Source of the DNA: Parasitella parasitica NRRL 2501
Lineage: Eukaryota; Fungi; Mucoromycota
Direction: 5' to 3'
Length of the DNA stretch: 64,000 nt
Assembly (NCBI GenBank): GCA_025201805.1
Contig: MU619266.1
Location: 210,381-274,380 of the forward strand
In this document: in pieces, positions 50,756-64,000 of the stretch
Layout: the number at the start of each line of letters is the position of its first letter
Position numbering within the stretch: the stretch's first letter is position 1
Translations under genes and position numbers: made by a program
Notes under the pieces: model-generated
Told to the model about the DNA's origin: nothing
The model's database searches: none
What the model saw: the letters and a program-made list of their open reading frames with translations, nothing else

Positions 50756-53287
50756 CAATACGCATCAAAAGGAATGTACTGGGAAGAAAGGATCAGGCGG
50801 AAGGAAAGAGAAAGAATTAAGACCCTGTTTATATGTGATGAGATAAAAGAAACCAGATAAATGTGCTGCTGTAATAATAAAAAAAATATATATTTAAAAA
50901 AAAACAAGTAAAGAAAAAGAGAGAGAAAGAAAAAGAGAGGAAGAAAGAAATGTTATAATCAAATTGCCCCTCACTATAGTAACCAAGACTTGTGAGCAAA
51001 TTACAGCTTTCTAATAAACCTTCAAAATATTAAGTACTCTTGACTGTACGACGCAACATTATCTTTCTATATTGTTTTTCATCTAAAAATAAAAAAAATG
51101 ACACTAGAAGATGAGTCTGGTTCCTTCCTTCTCCTGCACTCTCTTCAGTAGCCGCATCATCCCCCTTCTTCTTCTCCTCTGCTTCATCCCCCTTTCCTCA
51201 TCCTCCTCTTCATACTCCCCCCCCCCTTGACCTATAATATTTACCTCTTCCCTTTTAAGATTTCTTTGTATTTTGTATACGACTCATTATATAGCCATGA
51301 TTCATCTCCATCAAATTAAAGTATGGGCGAATAAGAAATGTCTGTGCAACCTAAGCCAAGCACCCAGTTACCCATTTTATTTTGTTCTTCTTGTACTAAT
51401 ATATCACACCAAATGATGTGACAAAAAGGAAACCTATATTTGGTAGTCTACTAGCTACATTTCAGGTTCAAGTTTCGTAATTCATACCCGCTAAACCTAA
51501 ATATCTAATGCTCTGCATGCTTTTAGATTAAAAAAATAAATAAATCCAAAGCTAGTGAGCGTATTACTATGCCTTTGACTGTTTGATTAATGAATTACTA
51601 TTGCCCTGAACATGTAAATTATTTTAATCCGATAGATTCAGGAAATAAAATTTTGTAATTATAGTGCGGGATCTTTGACGCTTAAAGTTAAGGCTTCCCT
51701 CTCAATTTCACTGTAGCTAGAGGATAACAATCAGTAATATAAAATTGGTTTCCAAGAAGGCTGTGGTGATAATGGCATAGATATCATGAAGAGCGTTCAT
51801 TGGAATGATGGGCAAGATATTGAGAACAGATATGCGCCAACAAAATTTGAAAAAAATTAGCGAATTAACAACTTTCTTAATACGACCATATATACAATAA
51901 ACTCTCCAGTAGGGGGTGGAGGTCTATAGCTTGCCTTGATCCTCAAAAAAAAAAAGAAAGAAAAAAGGACGGTGCGCAATGATTGTGATTTGGTTGAGGG
52001 AATGCATAAAAGTTTCTCAATTTTAAGTCCATTGCTGCTTAAACTGAACTTTAAAATCATTCGAGCATTTTTTCTTCAGATTGGCCAAATTTGCCCAAAT
52101 GAGATCCCAGAACCTCTCTTTTTTCGTTATTTGAGAGGATTGAAATAATCAAGAAGCAAAAAAAAAAAAAATTAAAAAGATTGTTTTTTTGCGCTCTACA
52201 AAATGGTATCAAAAATAGTTAAATTTTACTTTAAAAATGACAAGCTAAAATTATTTACGAGGAAAAACATTCTTTGCTTTAAATTATATATAATCACATT
52301 TAAAGTCTCTTTTTAAAACTTTTTTGTCATTCTCATTGCTTCTACCAATTTTTTTTCTCACAATGTAAACTATTTGAAAGCCTCTTTAGGGATGAGAGAT
52401 AGATTTTTGTAAAAAGTCGGTTTTTCATGAGGGGCTATAAGCGTTTTGGACCACTGAGAATTGCCAACAAAAATCTGACTTTTAATACAATGCCCGCTTG
52501 AATAAGCCTACAATTGAAAATAAACCATACACACCGATAAAGGTACGATGCATATAAATACAACAGCAAAAGGCTATTAGGTTGGAGTAGTTTGAACTGT
52601 TTAATAATAGGTTTTTTTTGTCAAGACATAAAAACACCTTCTTTGATTTTTGTGGACAGCGTAGCAGCCCTTTTCTTAATCTGGTCCAATGCTTTAGACT
52701 GTGAAGACACGGTAGATGATGGGGCTAGAGCATTGCAATCTATATATCTGTGGGAGTTGTCATATAAAAGTCAATATAGAATATACTTGACAAAGAATTA
52801 CATCCTATAAATGTCAGACACCAATAATAGTAGTGTGATAATGAGGCCTTGTATAAGAGATAAACAAGAGTTTTTGATCTATTTATTTACCATATAAATA
52901 AAAATTGAAATACTAATGCCAAATGAATACTAGTGTTTCTGTACAAATGAATTTTTACTGCTTGTTTCCTTCATTATTTGCGCATATTTTGTCGTACACG
53001 CTTATAGAGCGTGTCTTCAGGTAAAGTAACATACCCTCAACGTAAATTCACGTTATATATCAAATAGAAAGCAACTATTGTCATCCGTAAAACATCAAAG
53101 TTTTGAAGTACGCATCATTGAATGTATTACTGTTCTTCAACATTACACATTTTAATACTGGCAGATAGCCAAATGTCCAGTTGCTTTTTACAATACAACC
53201 AACTAATAAGCCATGCCATACCGTGAATTAGGACAGTTGCAGTTTATTATTATTTTTCTTCCCAAGATTATCAATGGAACAAAAAAC

Positions 53288-54022
53288 TTATATGTCATAG
53301 TCGTCATCCGAATCATCAGAATGTCTACGATTATACTGTAATTGTGATGAGTTTTTCGATTTTGTCATTTTCATATATCTAGATTATCGACTTACGACAA
53401 TTGTTGTTTGTTTAGAGCTGGAACTCTGATTATTGAGTTGACCCAAGAAGTCGATCAATTGTTTCTCAGTAACTTTGCTTCTCAATTGATTGGATTGTGC
53501 CATTCTGATCAAGAGATCTTCGACAGCACGGGCTTTATCTGCCTTCACCATCTGAATACGGCCCACTTGCAAAAAAAGGAAAAAACAAGTGAGTAATCTC
53601 TGCGATTGTATATTGTGTGTATTAACATACATCTTTCACGAGCAGAATTGTCCAAAATTTGATACAACTAGGTTATTTTCGTGAGTTTTCCAATGAAATG
53701 AATGGGACATTTAAAAACATACCATGTTGCGACGCATATCTTCCATTTGCCTATTTATTTAACAAGCCTGAGAAAGATGGCCCTTTTGTTTGGTATTTGA
53801 TCGACTTACTCTTTCTTTTCGTCGCCTTCATTTGATCTGCCCATGGAAGGAATACCAGACGAACCACTGCTCTAAAGGCAAAAAAAAAAAAAAAAAAAAA
53901 AGGTTAATGAGGGCGTCGAGCCGTTGTATTTCGAGAGGCTTTACTTGTGATGATCCGCCTTGATTTCCTTGCAGCTCTGCTAAGCGTCTAGCTCTGATGG
54001 CTTGGAGTTCATCGTCTTCCAT
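53288..54022 (-). CDS. PDCD5: PDCD5-like dsDNA-binding protein
   Basis: MEDDELQAIRARRLAEL, QILDNSARER, KARAVEDLLIRMAQ. Confidence 0.92.
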
Positions 54023-54202
54023 AGTGCTTATGTATAAAAAAATAACGTTTCGAAACGAAGAAGGAAAAAAAAAAGCACGCAGATGCAATGTCACTTGCCT
54101 ACAATCACCATATCAACAAAGCAACATGTTTGAAACCCAACTTCATGTTACTTTAAGATAGAGATACTCGCACTTTCTTTTTTCTTTACGGTAGCCCAAA
54201 GG

Positions 54203-57200
54203 ATGTACTCATATCCCCCTGAATATTTACTTCATCCTGTGCCTGTGTTGGCGTTGTATGGCCTGACAACGGCAACCGCTGCAGATGGACCAAAGCTGAT
54301 CGATGTCGACGAACCTGAAAATCCTTCTCCCACCGCAAATTCCATTGATAACTCACCTTTAATAACTTTGCCATCTTCTTGCACAGCAACACCAGCAGCT
54401 ACCACCACCACCACCACCACAGCAACAACAACAAAATCTGCCCTAGCTAGTTCTTTGCTAAATATATTCACAAGTAAATCTGACTATACTCTGTATGAAG
54501 CTACTCGATATGTTAATGGCAACCAAACACCACCATCTTTCAGAGTCATCACTGTGTCCAAGGTATATATGTATACACGGAAAATGGAAGCGTGTAACTC
54601 ATATTAACATGATACAGGATTACGTATTGCCTAAAAAACCATCGCCGCTAGCACCCAATTTGCCACCACCACACTCCCAACTATCACCTCTCTCGCATGA
54701 CTCACCGCTATACCCGGACGGTGTAATGACACCATTGTGGATAAAGAAACATTTGTATTCGCCAAGCGTGGTTGTAGGGTTTTATGACTTCTGGGATTGG
54801 CAAACTGAAGCAGGAAGTCCTCCTAAACCTCAACGTGAAACTGGTCCTCTGGCTTCGCAAGTGCTCATTGATCCTATTGAGCGTGAGCATGACACACTCC
54901 TAGCAGCCGAGATAAATGCCAGACGGTAAGCGACTGGATAGCATACAAAACTAGTTGTGCTAACTCAACAATGTTAAACAAAAACACATAGTAAATACTT
55001 TCAAGAAAAAGGTGTCAAATTTGCAGCTGTGATAGTGTTGAAGGAACGATATACAGGTATGTTGTTGGTACTGCAAAGCAAGAGAAAGGAGTCTGCTTAA
55101 CCAGTACAACTAGATCAATCGATTGAAGAAAGGCTTGTATCTATTCGAAAACAATGTGGGTTGGATGTCAAAAGCTCGTTCTTCACTATTGCTCCAGGCT
55201 CTCCTATCGAAATACAAGAATTTGTGAATAGGTAAAGAACTATAGGTAGAGTAGCGAGGAATCTCAATACTTACCATTTGTAGTCTGTATCGAGCACTTT
55301 ACGAGCCAGCACTCCACTTTTACAGCAACCGGCTAAAGAAGGTTCGTAAAAAAAAGTCGAAACTGCCCTCTCCCTCTCAAGTTCCCAGAACTACGCCTGA
55401 TCTATCATCTACCGAACCACAACCGCTTTCGATTATAGGATGGATATTGAGATACGACATCAAAGCAGCATTTTTCCAAGAAACCAAGCAAGAGATAGAC
55501 GGCGCACTGAGATCATACGAGGCAGCTTACGGCATTATAGTAGAGATGCTGTCTCCGGCGTCGATCACTGCGGGTCATGTCAATTTAACAGTGCACGGAA
55601 AACGATGGAAAGAAGTTCGAGCATTGGCAGATTGCATCAACGTCAAAATCTGTAGATTCCACCTCTACTTGAATGCGCCAACTGCAGCATTGAGCCAACT
55701 GAATAGTCATTTACACATGTTTCAGTCGTATTCACCTTCATGGGGCATGGGAGAGCATACATTTGAATATTGGTCTTGGCTTTCGAAACAGTAAGTAGCG
55801 TATGGCAAATTTATTGATTATTATTATTATTATTATTGGCTAATTGCTGGCATAGATATCGAATTTTTGCTGATATTATTGAAGCAGCTATTCAGGCTGG
55901 CTACAAAGTGCCCTTGCCAACTGCCTATCTCACAACGTCTGCAAGCGGAACACCTACCAGCCCTACTCTTGGAAATAATGGTGGAGGCGTCGCCAACACC
56001 AGCGGCTGCAATCCAGGTGCCATTCTTCAGCATCCTGGATTTTATTACCACTTGGCAGCCATGTGTTGTGCTGAACGTAGACGGCGGTTTTTGGAGGTTG
56101 AACGAACAGAGGGAAGCACAGATAACCCAGCATTGCAACACGAGAAGCTTGTGGACCATTCCAGTTTAACTATTGAGCTTTTGACTAAAAGCTATGAGCA
56201 ATTCAAAAAATACCGCAATGGACGAATGACGCTGTACCTTGCAGCCGAGATTGCTGGGACGTATTATGAAAGTGGAAAATTCGAAATGGCCATCAAGTTT
56301 TTTGAGCGCATTGGAAAGACGTACAGAAAGGAAAAATGGCATATGGTACTCACGTCGATTTTAAGGTGGTCTTTACGCTGCGCTAAAGAGCTGGGTTCTT
56401 GGGAGAGAGCTGTAGAGTGTTTGGTGGAACTCATGTCAGATGACTTGCCAATGACAGAGAACAAGCGAAATGATATTCAAAAAGAGCTATTCGATATCCT
56501 CACTGTTCATCCAGCAGCAAATGCAGTAAAGCATGCGCCACTTGTTATTCATATGGACCAAATCAATGCCTTTTTCGGCTGCCAGGTCCAGATTAAAAAG
56601 CAAACAAACTTTGTAGGAACCTCTGTAGATTATCAAATCATTGTAAAAACAAACAAAAACTCGCCGTCTGTTCCCTTTCGCTTCAGCGCAGTAAAGATAT
56701 TATTCAGTAATCCTCAGTACAATGTAATTTTGAGGGATGCTGGTACCCAACACGATCCAAAGGCTGTCGAACTGATCGATTTCTCTCAAAATTTAACCAA
56801 AACAACAGAAGAGGGCGAGTATCATGATTGGTATGTAGCAGAGGTAGACTTGCGGGTGCTCAAAGGGCAGACCAAAGCACTACAAGGCTCTATGGTTCCT
56901 CAAGATTGTGGCGAACTGAAAATCTTGAGCGTTTGCTTTGATATCATCACACCTCAATGGCAGGTGGAGCTGAAATATGCGCTAGATAAGACTTCAGAGG
57001 AACCGCCTGCTTCGAGAAGAAAATGGCTTGAATCTTATTCTGGTGAAAGGCCAATCTACAAGATCCTTGATGGTCGAGGTCTTTTGTCAGTAGCAACGTA
57101 GGTACACACCGTCTGCGATTATAGCAAACGACTCACTTTTTACTTGCACAGCGTGTTGCAGAAGCCGCCCAGTCTTGACCTGAAGTTTGAGCATGCAGCA

Positions 57201-58561
57201 CCTGCGCTTTTGGACGAATTGTTCAAGCTCGACATTACCATGACCAGCACAGAAACAGAAACAGTGGAAGCTACACTTGTTGCAGAAATCAAGAACTCAG
57301 AAGGTGTTGTCGATGACGATTACGTTACTTTCACTATGGACGAGGAAGAAGAAATTAAGGCTGCGGTACAAGAGACAAATGTTGGACAAATTGAGCCTGG
57401 AAAGACAATTACTAAATCAGTTTATCTTCACGGCGGCACGGTTACAGGCTCAAGATTGATTAATTTTACAGTGAGATACTCGATTGTTGGAAAGGACAGA
57501 TCACAGACTGTTGAGAAAACAGACTCGCTTCGAGTTCCATTCATTGCACCCTTTGATGCCAACTTTGAGTTATGTGCTCAAAGTGAAAAATTACAAAAAT
57601 CCATCTCTCCCGAATTGCAGAAATCAGAAAGATGGCTTTTGGTAGCTGCTCTTCGGTGCTCTTCTACCTGGGATTTGGATATTAAGCATGTGCAGCTAGA
57701 AAAGGACGAGGTAAATTGAGAGAATGCCGATGCTAACAAGATTTATACGCTAATGGCTGATGATAGACATTCAGCCATACAAATACTGTGCTCTCTTTAA
57801 TTTCAAAGATGGATGGTTTTAACAGTCAAAGTAAGTAGAGACAATGGCTCAAATGCTTATTTAGATACTCATGTCATTTTAGCTTGGAAAACAGGACATA
57901 CTTATAATGCAAATTATCTCTTTCAGCTGAGTACAAGCGATTTAACAGAGGAACAAACAGCTGTGCCTGTAGGCAATATTGCTATTGAATGGAAGAGGTC
58001 CGAAGATCAGAAAGACCAGTATTACAAATCACTGGTTAGGTTACCATCTATTCAATTTCAGCAGCAAGGCCTTGTTGTAGTAGCAGGTAACGTATTTAAG
58101 CAGATATACCATAGACTGTTTTTATTTTATTCTTGTCATTATTATTAATCATATGTTTAGATGTACCATCTGAAATATACGTGGGCGAAGCTTTCGCTCT
58201 ATCTTATACAGTGTATAACCCTACCGAGTACTTGGCCGAGTACAGCGCTTCCATTGAAATCAGCGAGGCATTTGTATTTTCAGGCTACAAGCAACTCAAG
58301 GGCCGTGTCTTACCTCTTTCTCGAGTAGTTTATTACTACACATGCTATCCCCTATTGGCAGGGAAAGTCAAGTTGCCTCGACTCAAGGTCATGGCGTCTC
58401 AGCAGCAAAGTGGGGAAAGAGAGGTGCCTGTCGAGATTGCAGGCAGCGGCATATCAATTGCATTAGATAATGATTTACAGCAAAAACAAACAGGAAGTCC
58501 ATCCGATGTGGCCTCACCTCAACCTATATTGGCATTCGTGAACGCAAAACGAACATTGTAA
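54203..58561 (+). CDS. TRAPPC11: TRAPP III subunit TRAPPC11 (foie gras/Gryzun), multi-exon
   Basis: MYSYPPEYLLHPVP, RYDIKAAFFQE, WSWLSKQY, HPGFYY, FVFSGYKQ..YPLLAGKVKLP. Confidence 0.92.
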
Positions 58562-59060
58562 CCTATTAACAAATAAAATAAAGTTGTTGTTTGTTTGTAT
58601 AAAGTCATGAGCTCGGGATATTATCATGTCAGGATGAAATGCTTTTGTAAGTACCGTTTCAATTGAATCCACCTGGTTCTTATAAATTGTTGTGTATTTC
58701 CAAGAGAAAAACCAAAGCATGCTGTAAATTGAAAAAATTGAAATCGCTGCAATATCCTGCCATAACAAAGTCGAAAATACCATGTTTCCACATATATATT
58801 CAGGTTTGTTGTTGATTAGTGAAAATTTAAAATGAACCATTACCGATTTATTTGTTGATCCAGTTCAGTTGTTTATTCTAGAAACTTGCAATATATCAAA
58901 TTTTTGACGCATTTGGTTGAAATCTTGCTCTTTTCTTGGTTTCAATCATATTTCGTTTTAATTTCAAAGTTTCTTTACAGGTTGAGCAGCTTTTATTATT
59001 ATTGCTTGAAAAATATAGAATATTTGTAATACTGACTTGTTGAATCACTAGCAAACAACT

Positions 59061-61396
59061 ATGAAATTTGGAGCAGAACTTAATTCAAAAATCAATGAAG
59101 CATGGAGAGATTCGTATATTCATTACAATAAACTCAAAAGCCATCTTAAAATTCAGCATAGCAATGGTGTTTGGAGCACTCAAGATGACAAGGACTTTAT
59201 CAATCAAATAGAAATGGAACTGAAGAAGGTGTATGCATTTGTCCAAGTTCGTCAAAAGGCACTCATTAGCCGCATTGATTATTGCGAGTCTGTGCTAAGA
59301 GACTACAAGGAAGTACCAAAGACAAGAGCAACCGCCTATGATTCAGTAGCTGACAGCCTGGCTGAAATACTAATCGATGTGGATGATTTAGCCAAGTTTC
59401 ATGAACTCAACTTGGCAGGCTTTGAAAAGATTGTCAAGAAGCATGATAAATGGACTAGAGGAGATCTCACATCTTACTATTTTGGAAGGCTCTTGGATTT
59501 GTATCCTTTAGACAAGCAACGTTTTGATGTCATGATTGTACGTATCTCTGATATGCATGATTTATGTCGTCTTTATGGCAATGCGAGATCAATGCAAGCT
59601 TACAGTCAAGGTGGAGACCAAACTGCTTTTGAGAGAGCAACCAACAAGTACTGGATCCATCCGGATCATATCACTGAAGTGAAAGCAATAATCCTGCTAC
59701 ATCTCCCGGTGCATGTGTTTAACCAAAAGAAACAATATGAATCGAAAGACGCTGCTGTATCCAGCATATACTACGACAATGAAGATTTTGACTTGTATCA
59801 AGGACGTCTTGAGAGAGCTAAGGGCGCAGAAGCAATTCGTATCCGCTGGTATGGTCAAAGCGATGACCTTAATGACGATGTCTATATTGAAAGAAAAACA
59901 CATCATGCTGAATGGCTCAATGGTAAATCGGTTAAGGATCGATTTAGGCTAAAGGAATATCAAGTAAACGATTTTATGAGCGGCGCTTACTCTGCCGACA
60001 GCTTCAGAAAGGATCTCGAAAAGAAGGGAAAGCTAGACCAGATCTCCATTGGCGACAACCATTTTGTTGCAAAGGGTATCCAAAGCTCTGTCAAGACCAA
60101 AAACCTAAAGCCAATGTGTCGAGTATTCTATAACAGGACTGCATTCCAGTTGCCTGGAGACCAGCGTCTAAGAATCAGTCTAGATTCCAACTTGACGTTT
60201 ATCAAAGAAGACCACATGGACGGTAAACAGAGAAGATGCATGCCAGATAAGACAGACAACTGGCGAAGGCCTGATGTAGGCATAGATCATCCATTTCGCC
60301 ATGTCGATGATACAGATATCTTGCGATTCCCTTATGCCATTTTAGAAACCAAAATACAAAGCCATCTAGGCCAGGAAGCACCTGCTTGGTTGACATCGCT
60401 GCTAAACAGTCATTTAGTACATGAAGTACCTCGATTCTCCAAATACATACATGGTGCCAGCTACTTGTTTAAGGATAAAATACCTGTTATGCCATACTGG
60501 TTGGATCAGCTTATAGGTGACATCCGAAAGCCCATTACACCTAATGTCGGTTTATCTCGCTCCCAGAGCTTCAAGGCGCTCTTTAACGGGAAGCATAGAA
60601 GATCTTTGGCCTATGATGACTCTTTGAATATCTACACTGAATCCACAGCTAGTCCAGCGCCTCCTAAACAAAGCAGCAAAAAGACCAATTTGGGGTTGGA
60701 TGTAGGCGATGCAATGAGAAAGTCCAGCAAATTGACTCGAAAAGGGCAACCTGGAAACGTGCCTCATTTATCCATTAATTTCTCAAGCAGTACCATGCCT
60801 GAAACTACTACAACAGCTACTCCTGGCCGAGATATGATTTCAAGATTTTGGGCAAACAATAATTTTTCAGATGAAAAGAAAAAGGAGGACTATGCATCCT
60901 TACCAGCGACACCAGCAAGCGGTTTTATAGAGAGAGGCACATCAGGTGGCAAGCGAAAGAGAGGAGGCTTGATAAAGAAGATGGATCCCAAAGCCTTCTT
61001 TGCCAACGAAAGAACTTTTATTGCTTGGCTACAGTTCTGCGCACTGCTTCTGACAGTTTCTTTAAATTTGCTAAATACCGGTGATAGAATCTCTCGAGTT
61101 GTGGGGGCATGTTTTATTGTATTTTCGTCCATCATTTCAATGTAAGCGACACAGCTATATATGATATCATGTTAGACTAAATTCTGTGTGTTTGTTTTTA
61201 TAGTTATGCTCTGGTTCGCTTCCAGTTGAGAGCTTACCAGATGAGAACCGGAAGGGGCATGATCAACATGGAAGATATATATGGCCCAGTTTTGTTATGC
61301 ATTCTGCTCGTCACTGCTTTAGGCATTAACTTTTACCTTCGAGCCCCTCTTTTATTCTCTTCGCCAGATCAGTTAAATGTTGAGCCTTCTGAGTAA
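59061..61396 (+). CDS. VTC4: Vacuolar polyphosphate polymerase, SPX-VTC-DUF202 (Vtc4-like)
   Basis: MKFG SPX start, KIVKKHDK, TNKYW, RIRWY, ERKTH, LETK, FSKY, PKAFFANERTF; last exon from 61204. Confidence 0.9.
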
Positions 61397-61527
61397 ACAT
61401 GACCCTTATTTACTATTATCCTATTATTATTACTCATTACTTAATATTATCATTAAAACTGCTTGTTAAAATCAATATAAAATGGCAATGTTTTATCCAG
61501 GTGCTAGAATTTTTTCTTTAAGTTATC

Positions 61528-63982
61528 ATGAAATTTGGAAACTATTTGAAAGAACACATGTTGAGTCCGTGGAGGCTCGAATACATCCAATACGACCTGT
61601 TAAAAATGGAACTAAAGAATAGGCAACTCGATCATGAATGGAATCAACAAGACGAAACCGCATTTATCGAGCTTTTTGCTAATGAAAAGAACAAGGTAGT
61701 GCAGTTTATCCATAATTTTAATCACCAGCTTGTATCTCGCATAAAATACAGTAAACATTTACTACAAAATGCTCGAAAAAACAATGTGGACATTCCTCCA
61801 GATGTGCGTCTCAGTCAATTGCCATCGATGAAGGATTCAACTTCTGCTTTTCTCAACAATTTGGATGATGCCTTGATTGAAATACTGTTTGATATTCATG
61901 ATTTCTCTACTTTTATTTACCTGAATCATCTTGGGTTTGAAAAGATATTGAAAAAGCACAAGAAATGGGTGCATATTAACCAACGCGAGGATCATGCATT
62001 GAAATATCACCATGACATTGCATCGCTTGAAATAAATCACAGTTACTTGTATTACAAGCAAGTCTCAGCACTACGGTATGAATGCCAGCACGAGGTCTAC
62101 AAGGAAAGCCAGATAACTTACAATGAGCTGCATCAAATTCCTCTGGTTGTGCCTGAACGAAGATGCAATAAATACTGGGTTCACAAAGATCATATATCTG
62201 AAGTTACTGCTATTCTTTGCATGTACAGCTATATTATTCCAAAATCAACCAGCCAAGATATATCCATGTCCAACTTGTATTTCGATAATGATTATATGAG
62301 TATACATGGGGATAGAATCGAAGAAAAAGAGGATTTCCAAGTTATTAAATGCAAAAGGTAAATTTGAAATACTCTGTTTACAGTTGTTTCTGTGCTTGTA
62401 TGTATGCTCAAGCTCTTTGGTTGTTTTTTTTCATACAACTATGATAGATTTGGCTCATTTTCAAATGAATCCGTGTATTATTTTGAACATGAAGTTCACA
62501 ATAGCTCTTATTCAGATGACATATCAAGCAAATTCAGATGTGAAATCAGCACGAACAAGATGAATGATTTTTGTCAAGGAAATTACTCCCTTACAAGTAG
62601 CGCAGAGGATGATGAGATAGATGAAAAAGAAGCTATAAAGAAGCTTGATTTAAAAAGCACTAGAGCTGTCGCAAATGCAGTTCAAGATGGATTATTTTCC
62701 CGATCTTTAAAACCAATATTACAATGCAATTATAATCGGCTTACGTTTGAACTACCAGATAATGATGGCAAACTGATATTCACGCTTGATACAGACATTG
62801 AATTTTGTTCACAATCCAGTGCACAAGATTTTGTCAGTAGGCCTAATGAAAATCAATGCATGGCGTTTCCTTATGCTGTTTTGGAAGTAAAAATCTCGAA
62901 AGACATGAAAATGGACGATCCTTCTCTCCACTGGGTAAATGCATTTACGCAAAGGAGTAAACTTGTGCATGAAATCCCAAAGTTTTCCAAGTACATACAA
63001 GGAATGTCTCAAGTATTTCCGTGCCAGGGTCTCAAGAAACCTAGTTGGTTTGACTTGTATGAAAAGGGCATATCAGCTTCTGCCGAGCATAAAGGTCTTT
63101 CTCGCTCAAGAAGCCTCTGTCCACTTTTGAACGGCAAAAAGTTTCGCTCTAGCATCCCTTATTCCAATACAACATCCAGAACAAGCTACTCTTCTCAGAA
63201 GTATCACGACAGTTCCGTGAGATCAAGTCATACAAAATGTGAATATACCTCGTTATCGCTTCGTGTGCCCTCTGTTAATATCAATCTAGCTCGCAGTGCT
63301 GTCATTATACCAAACAAGTATGCCAAAATAGTACTCGACATGAATGAAAAAACCGAGATGCATTCACCTGCAATGGACAACAGCACAAAATCGTGCAGTT
63401 ATTATCCCAGATACAGTGGTAGCGTTGATTGGGAAAGTAACAGCAACAACAATTCTGCTGACAATCTTATTCTGGATCAAGCAGGATACCCAGTTATTTA
63501 CAAGGACCAGCCTCAATTATCATTCTATCACAACAGTACCAAAGGCTATGATATTGAAAAGAGTTCCGTTACTGGCACCAATTCAAACAAGAGAAAGAAA
63601 AAGATCAAGGTTAAGATTGAGCCTAAAGTTTTCTTTGCAAATGAAAGAACGTTCCTCATGGCTTCAGTTCTGTGCCTTGCTGCTGACGGTTGCTTTGAAT
63701 CTACTTAATTTTGGAGACAGAATCTCTCGTATCTGCGGTGGTGTATTTTTGTCTATCTCAATGCTCTTAGCATTTTATGCTCTCGCAAGGTTTCAATATA
63801 GAGCCTATCAATTGAGAAATCTACATCAAAAGGGTCGATTCGACGATGTCTACGGCCCAGTTGTGTTGTGTTTATTAATTGTTGCTGCCTTGACAATTAA
63901 TTTTTGGCTACGATTTAAAGATTTACCAAGTGAGAGTGACCAAAATACTTATTTGGGAAATAAAACAGCTGAATGGCATTAG
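61528..63982 (+). CDS. Divergent VTC paralog (SPX-VTC-DUF202) with apparent frameshift near 63655
   Basis: MKFG, KILKKHKK, CNKYW, LEVK, FSKY, PKVFFANERTF. The continuation WLQFCALLL is in another frame. Confidence 0.8.
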
Positions 63983-64000
63983 GTGTTTTTTTTTTTTTTT

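Noticed and set aside
58514-58840. 108-aa minus-strand ORF
   Set aside because: AT-rich intergenic composition, overlaps the TRAPPC11 end, no motif.

Overview
Eukaryotic, AT-rich, gene-dense DNA with short GT-AG introns. Gene content and transposon types point to an early-diverging fungus, most likely Mucorales (inference). About 21 host genes can be called: CAP-Gly protein, bHLH-ZIP, complex I NUZM/NDUFA7-like, MTM1, C1D/RRP47, a TPX2-motif protein, KRE33/NAT10, CobW/ZNG1, ferric reductase, Fe-S L-serine dehydratase, NPP1, TBL/PC-esterase, BTB protein, TMEM184/HFL1, glyoxal oxidase, fasciclin, a mucin-like membrane protein, PDCD5, TRAPPC11 and two VTC paralogs. One accessory island (~32.2-41.9 kb) interrupts them. 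It holds nested solo LTRs and a 6.2-kb composite-transposon-like unit (34621-40804) made of two near-identical, inverted Tc1/IS630-type DD34E elements with identical outer TIRs and damaged inner TIRs. The cargo between them is an apparently intact 7-exon, 547-aa PD-(D/E)xK nuclease-like gene and, divergent from it, a ~293-nt highly structured element of two repeated Y-shaped domains with covarying stems (candidate ncRNA). This nuclease + structured RNA cassette is the best candidate for an undescribed system. All calls were made by eye, without database searches.
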